Position numbers and translations under genes: made by a program | NCBI GenBank assembly: GCA_043783305.1 | Contig: JAYVZN010000098.1 | Coordinates: 1-56,963, forward strand | Origin: Betaproteobacteria bacterium | GTDB taxonomy: Bacteria; Pseudomonadota; Gammaproteobacteria; Burkholderiales; Thiobacteraceae | DNA length: 56,963 nt | Direction of reading: 5' to 3' | The notes under the pieces: generated by a model | Told to the model about the DNA's origin: nothing | The model's input: the letters and a program-made list of their open reading frames with translations, nothing else | Database searches by the model: none | In this document: positions 18,517 through 26,935 of the stretch, one piece after another | Numbering within the stretch: position 1 is the stretch's first letter | Layout: each line of letters opens with the position of its first letter

Positions 18517-19134
18517 TTAGGTGAAAGCCTGCGCCATCTCGACAATTTGCGCCGCGATGTCGGCGAGCTTGGCATTGCGTTGCATCGCCATCTTACGCAT
18601 TAAGTTATAAGCCGCGTCTTCACTCACTTTCTTTTGCTGCATCACGATGCCTTTCGCACGCTCAATTAACTTACGCTCGGCAAGCTGATTTTGTGCAAGG
18701 CTTAAATCTTGTCGCAGCGCTTGATGTTCCTCAAAGCGCAGCATGGCGACTTGTAAAATCGGTTTAATGCGCTCCGGCGCAGTCCCTTTTACAACATACG
18801 AAGTGACCCCGGCGCGCATCGCCTGCTTCATTCGAGAGACATCATCGTCATCGGTAAAAAGCACGATGGGGCGTGGTTGATCGCGGCTAATCATGCACAC
18901 ATGCTCGAGCGTGTCGCGATCCGGCGCATCGGTATCGATGACGATCACATCCGGGTCCAATTGCGGCAAGCTATTTAACAAGTCGAGCGAGATCGACGCG
19001 CGTTGCAGTACCAAGTAATCGCTGGTTTGTAAGCTTTGGGCCAATAGAGCGCGCCGCTCAGGATTAGCGTCAACGATTAATACGCGCAATGGCGATGCAA
19101 TGGGAGAGGTCATATCCATACTTATAGCAACCAA
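18517..19134 (-). CDS. nasT: ANTAR-domain response regulator (NasT/AmiR-like nitrate-assimilation antiterminator)
   Basis: Receiver domain (LRVLIVDANPERRALL..., ...DVIVIDTDAPD...) plus a C-terminal ANTAR domain (LAERKLIERAKGIVMQQKKVSEDAAYNLMRKMAMQRNAKLADIA). Confidence 0.85.
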   Translation of the reverse strand: MVAISMDMTSPIASPLRVLIVDANPERRALLAQSLQTSDYLVLQRASISLDLLNSLPQLDPDVIVIDTDAPDRDTLEHVCMISRDQPRPIVLFTDDDDVSRMKQAMRAGVTSYVVKGTAPERIKPILQVAMLRFEEHQALRQDLSLAQNQLAERKLIERAKGIVMQQKKVSEDAAYNLMRKMAMQRNAKLADIAAQIVEMAQAFT

Positions 19135-19264
19135 CGTGCCAAGTCGAAGCTGGCTGAAAATCCCCGAAGCACCATCGGTAAACGCTATTTAACGGTATTC
19201 CAAGGCGCGTGCTGCACCATTCTGGGTGGCTCACATCAGGGAAGTGCACAGCAATGGTGCTGGG

Positions 19265-19600
19265 TTAGCGCTCCAACTTTTTACCAAGAAGATAAGCATC
19301 GACCATGCCGAACAGCCAGCACAGGGCGAGCACCCACGTGGCGGCATTCAGTATTTTATCGTCGGCGGTGGCTTGTAGTGTGACCGCGACTAGATGCTGT
19401 ATATCGAGTCCGCTACCCTCGGCTAAACTTTTTTCGATGACCCGGCGGGCTTGCTGCATTACTTGAAATAGCAAGAGGGTGAGGCTGATTAAACTAATTG
19501 CGATTAACGCGATGCCGCGCTGAAACGATTTGAGCAGGAGGTGGCCCGCCCCCGGAAAAATAACGGCGGACCACAGCAGCGCTTGGATGGATTTACGCAT
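19265..19600 (-). CDS. Small integral membrane protein (3 TM), unknown function
   Basis: 111 aa with hydrophobic segments AVIFPGAGHLLL, IALIAISLISLTLLLF and WVLALCWLFGMV. It lies 3 nt from the upstream Cache-like ORF. Confidence 0.4.
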   Translation of the reverse strand: MRKSIQALLWSAVIFPGAGHLLLKSFQRGIALIAISLISLTLLLFQVMQQARRVIEKSLAEGSGLDIQHLVAVTLQATADDKILNAATWVLALCWLFGMVDAYLLGKKLER

Positions 19601-19603
19601 GCG

Positions 19604-20539
19604 CTAGAACCAAAACGCGGTGTCCTTCAAGAGAAACTCGTCATACGGCATATAGTGCGAGCCGTCACAAGAGAACGTCAGGCTGATCATACCGTTAAAA
19701 ATATTGATCGAGGCGGTACGCAGATAAAAAGTCGGATCGGTGAGGCGTAAGGCTTGCAGCGTGGTGAGAATCGGCTGGATTTTATTCTCGGGAATGGTCG
19801 CATCGTGTGGATAGGAGCGCGCCGGAAACACCAAACAGATATCCGGGTCGCTCAAGGCTTCGTGATCCAAAATACGGTAGCGGTAAGGATCATCAATCGT
19901 CCACAGCGTCGCTTGGCTACTGGAAAAGTGGATCTGACATTGAAACACGCCGCGATTCGTCAGTAACTCTTCCAAGATGGATAAGGCCTGTGCAATATTG
20001 CCGTCCAAGGGACTATCGACCCGACATTGTTGAAACACCGCGCCGCGAATCGCCGGGTCGCCTTTCACCTGGCGCCAGTTACCGGGTTCTTCGTACAACT
20101 CCGCCGTAACCGGCAGATCACGCAAGTCGAAATCGGCGCCGAGATAGCCCAGGGTGTTGCCATCCGCGCGCACAACTTGCAGTGCGGTGAGCGAAGGCCG
20201 GTGATTAAGAATACTGATATACGCATCGGATAACAAAAACCCCCAGGCTGGAACCGCTTCCATCATGTAGGGACGGTTTGAACGATCACGTCCAAAGTGG
20301 CCGGGTATGACGCCGCTCGCGCCAATGTTGTCGCAAATTTGAACACCATCGGTGCCGACGCAGTACAGAAAAGCACTATGCGGTATATCGGCGAAGCCCT
20401 GCATCAGTACAGCTTCCAGTTGCGCACGATCATGCCAAACCGGCGGGCAACGCTCGGCCAACTGCGCTAACGGTTCGCGCAGTTGCCGCGCTAACTGTTC
20501 GCGCTGTAGATAAATACTTTCCTTCCAAGAAGTTTTCAT
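19604..20539 (-). CDS. Cytoplasmic Cache/PAS-like sensor-domain protein with uncharacterised C-terminal domain
   Basis: There is no signal peptide or TM. Residues about 40-190 resemble single-Cache domains (CVGTDGVQICD..., RSNRPYMMEAV..., DGNTLGYLGADFDLRDL). The C-terminal about 130 aa has no recognisable motif. Confidence 0.4.
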   Translation of the reverse strand: MKTSWKESIYLQREQLARQLREPLAQLAERCPPVWHDRAQLEAVLMQGFADIPHSAFLYCVGTDGVQICDNIGASGVIPGHFGRDRSNRPYMMEAVPAWGFLLSDAYISILNHRPSLTALQVVRADGNTLGYLGADFDLRDLPVTAELYEEPGNWRQVKGDPAIRGAVFQQCRVDSPLDGNIAQALSILEELLTNRGVFQCQIHFSSSQATLWTIDDPYRYRILDHEALSDPDICLVFPARSYPHDATIPENKIQPILTTLQALRLTDPTFYLRTASINIFNGMISLTFSCDGSHYMPYDEFLLKDTAFWF

Positions 20540-20740
20540 ACGTTTTTCAAGGGCTCGATAAAGTGGTCATGGTTAAATATGTTTCCGAAGTAATGCCGTC
20601 GTGCATCTGGTCGATAAGATACTACTGGGATGTAATAGTTCAAATACGTCGTGAGTGAGCGGTATAGTGCGCTTGGCCGAAGGGACGACGACCGTGGACT
20701 CGTTTCTCGTTTGAGTTATTTTCCATGGTTTTCATTTTCC

Positions 20741-20769
20741 TCTAAACCTAGAGAAAAAGCTGCCGATAT
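20741..20769 (+). promoter_or_regulatory. sigma28 (FliA)-like promoter candidate upstream of the STAS gene
   Basis: CTAAACCT-N13-GCCGATAT resembles the class-3 flagellar promoter consensus TAAAGTTT-N11-GCCGATAA. It lies 39 nt upstream of ATG 20808. Confidence 0.35.
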
Positions 20770-20807
20770 AGTGTCTATCTCCATGCTTATTCCGAACGAG
20801 GGCGATC

Positions 20808-21119
20808 ATGACTTCGAGCATTACCAATCATATCGGCGATCATAAAGCCACATTAACCATTAACGGGCGCTTTGATTTTTCCATTCATCGCGATTTTCGC
20901 GCAAACTACGAGGAAATCTTAGGCAGCCATGCGGTGAGCGAAATTGCGGTCGATTTGAAGAGTGTCGAATACGTTGATAGCTCGGCGCTCGGCATGCTAT
21001 TGCTATTGCGTGAAAAATCAATGGCGGAGAATATCAAGATGCGGCTTATTAATCCAACGCTTGCCGTGCGCCAAGTGTTGGAAATTGCAAATTTTGAAAA
21101 GTTATTCAGTATTACATAA
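20808..21119 (+). CDS. STAS-domain anti-sigma-factor antagonist (SpoIIAA/RsbV/HsbA-like)
   Basis: 103 aa with the STAS pattern (VDLKSVEYVDSSALGMLLLLREK); the conserved phosphorylatable Ser lies in DSSALG. Confidence 0.8.
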   Translation: MTSSITNHIGDHKATLTINGRFDFSIHRDFRANYEEILGSHAVSEIAVDLKSVEYVDSSALGMLLLLREKSMAENIKMRLINPTLAVRQVLEIANFEKLFSIT

Positions 21120-21235
21120 TAGTTAGCGTAAAAACCTCGCTGCCGCCCCAACTCTTTCAGTTACGGGCATAATCGTATTTTCCGCAATGTCGTTTTCCCC
21201 TACACCATGTCGAGTCCAACAAAAAAAGCGCCCGC

Positions 21236-21973
21236 TTGCTTGCTACGCTGACCCCCGTACAACTGGCGGCTTGCGCGGCGATTTTGGCCACGGCCTATCT
21301 CGCACGGGGTGTCACGGGTTTTGCCTCGGGGTTGATCGCGGTGCCGCTATTGGCTTTGCTGCTGCCGCTGACCCTGGTGGTACCTCTGATTGTTACGCTC
21401 GATTATCTCGCATCGATCAGCCAAGGTATTCATAGTCGCCAGCATATCCGCTGGCGGGAAATTGTAACGATTATTCCGTTTAGTCTGATGGGGGTGGCCA
21501 TCGCGCTATTGTTTCTGTCGCGCTCGGATGCGCTGTACCTTACCAAGGCACTGGGTTTATTTGTTATTTTGTTTGCCTTATTCACATTGTCCGGCTACAA
21601 GCCCAAAGCCAAATCAGCGCGTGCTTGGGGCGTACTGGCCGGCATATCCGGCGGTGTGATCGGCACGCTTTTCGGCACCGGCGGGCCCTTTTACGCCACT
21701 TATTTTAAAGCGCGGGGTTTAGGAAAATCTGCCTTTCGCGCGACCTTCGCGGCGATTTTTTTACTGGACGGCAGCGGGCGCTTGCTGGGTTATGCGTCCT
21801 CCGGGTTTTTGACGGCGGCATTTTTTACGTTACTGCTCGCCGCACTGCCGATTGCCGGAATTTTTTTGTATATCGGAGGCCGTGTTCACACCAAACTCAC
21901 GGAATCCGATTTTGAGCGTGCCATTAGTGTGTTGTTGATCGTGAGCGGAAGCGTACTATTGATCAAATTTTAG
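21236..21973 (+). CDS. TSUP-family (TauE/SafE) anion exporter-type membrane protein
   Basis: 245 aa, about 8 TM, with duplicated 4-TM halves and G-rich motifs (GVTGFASGLIAVPLL; GGVIGTLFGTGGP) typical of TauE/SafE. Confidence 0.8.
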   Translation: MLATLTPVQLAACAAILATAYLARGVTGFASGLIAVPLLALLLPLTLVVPLIVTLDYLASISQGIHSRQHIRWREIVTIIPFSLMGVAIALLFLSRSDALYLTKALGLFVILFALFTLSGYKPKAKSARAWGVLAGISGGVIGTLFGTGGPFYATYFKARGLGKSAFRATFAAIFLLDGSGRLLGYASSGFLTAAFFTLLLAALPIAGIFLYIGGRVHTKLTESDFERAISVLLIVSGSVLLIKF

Positions 21974-21989
21974 CTTGCCGTTGATCGAC

Positions 21990-23105
21990 CTACATACCCG
22001 ATGCGTAACGTTTCGGAGCGATGGCCTGCCAGCGATAAGGTGCTGCGTTAATCGGCTGCGCGCGTTGGTTAATGAGGTTGCTCAGCAGGCAGGCGCTAGC
22101 GGGTGCCATGCTTAAACCGTAACGGAAGTGCCCGCTATTGATATACAAATTTTCCAGTTGCGGATGCCGGTCGATAATCGGAATATTGTCCGGTGAGCCC
22201 GGGCGCAAACCCGCCCATTGCCGTACGATTTGCGCCTGTTTGAGTGCCGGTAAAAGGGTTGTGGCGCGATCCAGAAAAAGCGCCCCGGCTTCTTCCGTAG
22301 TGCTTTTGTCGAATCCCACATCCTCACGCGTACTACCGACCAGAATATGCCCGTCGCGTCGGGGAACCAAATAAATATCGTTTTGCCGGATAATTTTAGT
22401 GAGTAAGCCGGGTGCGTCTTTAAATAATAAAATTTGTCCGCGGATCGGTTTAATCTGCACCGTCTGCGCCCATTTTCCCAGTAAACGGCTGCTCCAGGCA
22501 CCGGCGGTCACTATAAAATTTTCGGCTGAAAAGGAGCCGCGTTGCGTCTCGATCGCCACTGCGCGATTACGGGCAACGCGGAAGCCCGTGACCTCTTCCT
22601 GCTCCCGAAATTTTACGCCCTGCAATTCGGCGGCGCGGCGGAGGGAGCGTATTAAACGCGGATTTCTAACCTGCGCAACTTGCGGCAGCCAGATCCCCGG
22701 GCTTTCTAAACCCAACTGAGGAATCAGCGTTTGTGCATCGACCCGCTCCATCGGCACATCGTAGCGTTCGCACCACGCCAAGGCTTTTTCTTCGCTGTAG
22801 TACGGATCGTATTTCTGTAGCACCAGCATGCCGTCCACTTGGTATTCCGGATCAATGCCGCTGGCGGCCGCAATGGCCGCGATCCAATCGGGATAAAGTT
22901 TCAAACTCCACTGCGTGAGATGATTCACCGCATCGGAATATTGCCAAGGCGGCAGCACGGACAAAATCCCGCTACCGGCCCAGGATGATTCGGCACCGAC
23001 GGCACCGCGATCCAGTACCGTTACTTGGGCTCCTTGGCGCGCAAATTCAAGGGCCGTCGCACAGCCGATAACGCCGGCACCGATCACAAGGTAGTCTGAG
23101 TTCAT
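21990..23105 (-). CDS. FAD-dependent oxidoreductase (DAO family; glycine/D-amino-acid oxidase-like)
   Basis: Rossmann FAD motif directly after ATG 23105 (MNSDYLVIGAGVIGCATALEFARQGAQVTVLDRG). The ORF-track extension to 23288 carries no domain and lacks an RBS. Confidence 0.75.
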   Translation of the reverse strand: MNSDYLVIGAGVIGCATALEFARQGAQVTVLDRGAVGAESSWAGSGILSVLPPWQYSDAVNHLTQWSLKLYPDWIAAIAAASGIDPEYQVDGMLVLQKYDPYYSEEKALAWCERYDVPMERVDAQTLIPQLGLESPGIWLPQVAQVRNPRLIRSLRRAAELQGVKFREQEEVTGFRVARNRAVAIETQRGSFSAENFIVTAGAWSSRLLGKWAQTVQIKPIRGQILLFKDAPGLLTKIIRQNDIYLVPRRDGHILVGSTREDVGFDKSTTEEAGALFLDRATTLLPALKQAQIVRQWAGLRPGSPDNIPIIDRHPQLENLYINSGHFRYGLSMAPASACLLSNLINQRAQPINAAPYRWQAIAPKRYASGM

Positions 23106-23413
23106 GAAAGTTTCCCAGGTTAAAACTGCCGTCCAATTAAGTTGTCTTCTGCGCAACCCTTTGTGCCGCGCGGCAGCACAGAAGCACATTAAGGATACCG
23201 TCATGAATAGTAGATCAAAATAACCCGAGCATAATAAAGTTTTTTTAATCGAAAACCATGCGGGCTTTATCCGCGTGTTTAGGCTCAATTTATGGCGCAG
23301 CTAACCGTTAAGTAATTCGTAGCGCTCGCGAAGGTCGCCCCGCAATTGACTGCATAACTATATAACTATTTGGTTATAAGGGTAACAAAACGGATCAAAC
23401 TGAGGTAAAGAAA

Positions 23414-24274
23414 ATGTTAAAAAAACCACGCAAGCTTCATGGTATCGGCATTTATTTTTGCGGCATCATGTTGGGGCTAATCGGTGGCGTGCAAGCGCAG
23501 GATAAAGTCTCGACCTTCGGTGTTTTAAATCAGCGCAGCATTAGCTTGACGGCGGAATATTGGAATCCGATATTAAATTACGTGAGCCTGAAAAGCGGTG
23601 TCCCGCTCCGCTTGTTATTGGCAAAAACAGCACCGGAAACCGATGCCATGATCGGAGAGGGGCAATTTGATTTTATTTATTCGAATACTGTTTTTACCAA
23701 TCGTAATTACACGGTAGGGTATCAAGTCTTTACCCGCCCCATCGGGCCAGCGCTGCAAGGGCAAATCGTCACCCTGGAACATTCCACTATACGATCATTG
23801 CGCGACCTGGAGCAACGCGAGGTCGGCTTCCCCTCCACGGCTGCCTTGGCCGGATATGCCCTACCGATGAATGCGCTATTGGAACAAGGCATCACGGTAA
23901 AACCGGTGTTCGCAGGCAATCAAGAAGGCATCATGGCGCAATTAAAATTCGGTCGCGTACTGGCGGCGGGGGTGAATTCAATCGTCATGCAGGATTACGC
24001 GCAACGCGAAAAAATAGCTTATCGGGTATTGTGGACCTCGGCACCGTACCAGAATTTACCCATTGCAGCGCATCCGCGTGTTCCGAAAAAAAGTGTGGCA
24101 GCCGTGCGTGCGGCATTTCTCAGTATGCACCAGGATGCCGAAGGTTTGAAAATACTACAAACCAGTGCAGCGCTGATCCAACAAACGCCGCCGCTCGGGT
24201 TTATTCCGTCCAGCAATCATGACTACCAAAATTATCGTGATTTTTTTAAGATAAACCGAATCAAGGCACCCTAA
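23414..24274 (+). CDS. PhnD/SsuA-like periplasmic solute-binding protein (signalling-associated)
   Basis: Signal peptide (IYFCGIMLGLIGGVQA) and a phosphonate-binding-type fold. Its stop lies 3 nt before the GTG of the downstream sensor protein. Confidence 0.7.
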   Translation: MLKKPRKLHGIGIYFCGIMLGLIGGVQAQDKVSTFGVLNQRSISLTAEYWNPILNYVSLKSGVPLRLLLAKTAPETDAMIGEGQFDFIYSNTVFTNRNYTVGYQVFTRPIGPALQGQIVTLEHSTIRSLRDLEQREVGFPSTAALAGYALPMNALLEQGITVKPVFAGNQEGIMAQLKFGRVLAAGVNSIVMQDYAQREKIAYRVLWTSAPYQNLPIAAHPRVPKKSVAAVRAAFLSMHQDAEGLKILQTSAALIQQTPPLGFIPSSNHDYQNYRDFFKINRIKAP

Positions 24275-24277
24275 GCC

Positions 24278-26659
24278 GTGGTGCGCTACTTTCATCGACA
24301 CCTCTGGAAAAAACGGAGTTTAATTGTCCGCCTGCTTATTCTGTCCAGCGTATTGTTCGTTCTGGGCGGCAGCTTTTTATTGCACCGGATGATCGAGCAG
24401 GTCGTGGACAATCGGCGCGTTACCTTGTTGGAAAACTTACAAGGCGAAACGCGGGATATAGCCAATAGTCTGGTGGAGTACGCCGTCACCGGCGACTATG
24501 CAAGTATTCAACAAGTGTTGATTAAGCGCGCCAAGCGCCGCGATATCCATTCGGTAGAATGGACGGACACAGCGGGAAGAGTCATTCGTGCCGATAACAA
24601 CGTGCTGTCGGTACAAGCACCCGCTTGGTTCATTCGCTGGATCAATATTCCAGCATTTTATGTTACCACCGCCGTTACCGTCGGCGGCAGCGCTTACGGC
24701 AACGTATTGCTGACACCGACGCATGTCCCCTCGATAAATTTTTTATGGCAGACGTTTAAGCAACAGGTGCTTATTCTCCTACTGAGCGTAGCGGTGTTTT
24801 ACAGCGTGATGATTTTATTTTTATGGTACGAGTTACGCCCGCTTCAGGCTTTGGTGAAGGGCACGATACGATTCGGCGAAGGCGATCATTCGATCCGTAT
24901 CAAACCTGCCAGCGCGCCTGAAATCAGCGCCAGTGTCGCGGCATTTAATCGCATGGCGGATATGATTCAAAAATTACTGGTATCGACCCAGGAAAAAGAA
25001 AATCATCTGCACGCCGTCATGAACAGCATCGATGATGCAATTATCATCATGGATGAGCGGCATGTTATCGAATCATTCAATCACGCCATGCCGCGATTGT
25101 TTGCTAATTTACCGGATGAATTATCCGGGCGGCCATTGATGTCGCTATTGGAAGGCGCGTGGGAAGAAAAAACTAATCGATCAGAGGACGCTTACTCGGG
25201 ATTGGAAACGGAAACCCGTGGGCGGCGCGGTGACGGCGCCTCGTTTCCGATTAACCTCAGAATTAAACCGCTGCAATCACAAGGGCGCTCGTTATTCATG
25301 GCGAACGTCCAAGATATTAGTAAACGCCGCAAGGCCGAGGCGCTGCTGGCGCAGGGTCGGGAGCGGCTCGAAATCTATCAGGCCACAACGGAGCAGGAGT
25401 TGCGGCTGGCGCACCATGTGTTCCAAACCATCACCAGTGAAAGTGCTAGAAAACCGGCCCCGCTGGAACTTTGGACGGAGCCGATGGGCCTGTTCAACGG
25501 CGATTTATTGCTGCATGAATTCAGTCCTTCCGGTGAGCTGCGTGTCATGTTGTGCGATTTCATGGGGCATGGCTTGGGTGCTGCAATCGGCGCGATTCCC
25601 GTTTCGGATGTTTTTCTCGGCATGAGCCGGAAAGGCTATGGAATTCCCGATATCGCCAGCGAAATTAATAACAAGTTAAAACGCATATTGCCGACCGGGC
25701 ATTTTTGCGCCGCCTGTTTGATCAGCATTAATCAAGACGAACGCGGTTTGGAAATTTGGAATGGCGGTTTACCGCCCGTCCTGATTATGGACGAAAATAA
25801 AAAAGTTATGCGGCGTGTGTTGTCGAGCAAATTGCCGCTGGGGATTGCATCTCCCGGCGAATTTGATGCGCGCACGGAAATATTTTCCGCGCAAGGCGTA
25901 CATTCGGCGTTTATTTACAGCGATGGCTTGATCGAAACGCGCAATGCGCAAGGCGAAATGCTCGGGCAAGCGACCTTGGAGAAGATGATCGAAACGGAAT
26001 CGGGCGCCGGGTCCTGGCTGGACAGCGTCAAGGCGCAGATAGTTAATTTTTTCGGAGATTGTGCGTTAGGCGATGATCTGTCGCTGCTGCATATCTATTG
26101 CGACACCGCTCATGCCGTACCCGAGATTGTTGCTGAGCGCTGCCCTGAAACGGGTGTTAACAACGAATCGGCACACGGCAGTTGGCGCGTCGAATTTCAA
26201 TTGAGTGGTGAGATGATTAAAAATTGCACGCCCATACCGCTGCTCATGAGCTGGCTAATGGGCTTGAATTTTACGGAGCTCCAGCGCTCGCACATTTACA
26301 CCATCTTGTCCGAGTTGATTAATAATTCCATCGATCATGGATTGTTGAAGATGGATTCCGGGCTTAAATCCACGCCGGACGGTTTTGAAAGTTATTATGC
26401 GACGCGCCAGCATCTCTTAGATGCGCTTAACGAGGGAATGCTCACGGTACAGTTAAGCCTGAAGCAAGGTAGCCATAAAAAAACCATCCAGATTGCGGTT
26501 AAAGATACCGGCAGCGGATTTAATTTCAGCCAAGTTTTTTCGCGGCTGGACGGCAACAATAAAAATTTCGGGCGCGGCCTCGCCTTGGTGAATTCCTTAA
26601 GCAGCAAACTGCACTATATCGGCTGCGGCAATAGCGTCATGGTGGAGTACACCGAATAA
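24278..26659 (+). CDS. Membrane sensor TM-periplasmic loop-TM-HAMP-PAS-PP2C(SpoIIE/RsbU-type phosphatase)-HATPase(RsbW-type anti-sigma kinase) fusion protein
   Basis: GTG start. TM1 is LILSSVLFVLGGSFLL and TM2 is LILLLSVAVFYSVMILFLWY, followed by a HAMP domain. The PAS region is LHAVMNSIDDAIIIMDERHVIESFN. The SpoIIE/PP2C region has the motifs FNGDLLLHEF, VMLCDFMGHGLGAAIGAIPV and IYSDGLIETRN. The C-terminal GHKL kinase of the RsbW/SpoIIAB type has ILSELINNSIDHGLL, VKDTGSGFNF and GRGLALVNSLSS. Confidence 0.8.
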   Translation: MVRYFHRHLWKKRSLIVRLLILSSVLFVLGGSFLLHRMIEQVVDNRRVTLLENLQGETRDIANSLVEYAVTGDYASIQQVLIKRAKRRDIHSVEWTDTAGRVIRADNNVLSVQAPAWFIRWINIPAFYVTTAVTVGGSAYGNVLLTPTHVPSINFLWQTFKQQVLILLLSVAVFYSVMILFLWYELRPLQALVKGTIRFGEGDHSIRIKPASAPEISASVAAFNRMADMIQKLLVSTQEKENHLHAVMNSIDDAIIIMDERHVIESFNHAMPRLFANLPDELSGRPLMSLLEGAWEEKTNRSEDAYSGLETETRGRRGDGASFPINLRIKPLQSQGRSLFMANVQDISKRRKAEALLAQGRERLEIYQATTEQELRLAHHVFQTITSESARKPAPLELWTEPMGLFNGDLLLHEFSPSGELRVMLCDFMGHGLGAAIGAIPVSDVFLGMSRKGYGIPDIASEINNKLKRILPTGHFCAACLISINQDERGLEIWNGGLPPVLIMDENKKVMRRVLSSKLPLGIASPGEFDARTEIFSAQGVHSAFIYSDGLIETRNAQGEMLGQATLEKMIETESGAGSWLDSVKAQIVNFFGDCALGDDLSLLHIYCDTAHAVPEIVAERCPETGVNNESAHGSWRVEFQLSGEMIKNCTPIPLLMSWLMGLNFTELQRSHIYTILSELINNSIDHGLLKMDSGLKSTPDGFESYYATRQHLLDALNEGMLTVQLSLKQGSHKKTIQIAVKDTGSGFNFSQVFSRLDGNNKNFGRGLALVNSLSSKLHYIGCGNSVMVEYTE

Positions 26660-26935
26660 CCCACATAATTAGCATGGATATCCCATTGTATTTCATGAGA
26701 AATATCTGTTTTTTTGTTGAAAAACCATGCAGATATCGGTGCATGACCGTGCTATCCGCAACCCCGCATTATTTCCGCAACATATTTTTCATAATTCACT
26801 CAAGTTGGCTTTTCTAAAGTCGCTACCTAATTGGCAAGTCAGCGCGACGAATTGTTTCGTTTGGAAAATGCATCGCGGACTGACGGTTTACACGTTAGAG
26901 CCACAAGGGAAAATTACTTAGCCTCTATAGAAGCC

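Noticed and set aside
23106-23288. N-terminal extension of the FAD-oxidoreductase ORF (the track starts at 23288)
   Set aside because: The Rossmann GxGxxG motif begins right after the internal ATG at 23105. The upstream 61 codons have no RBS and are Cys/Leu-rich with no domain content.
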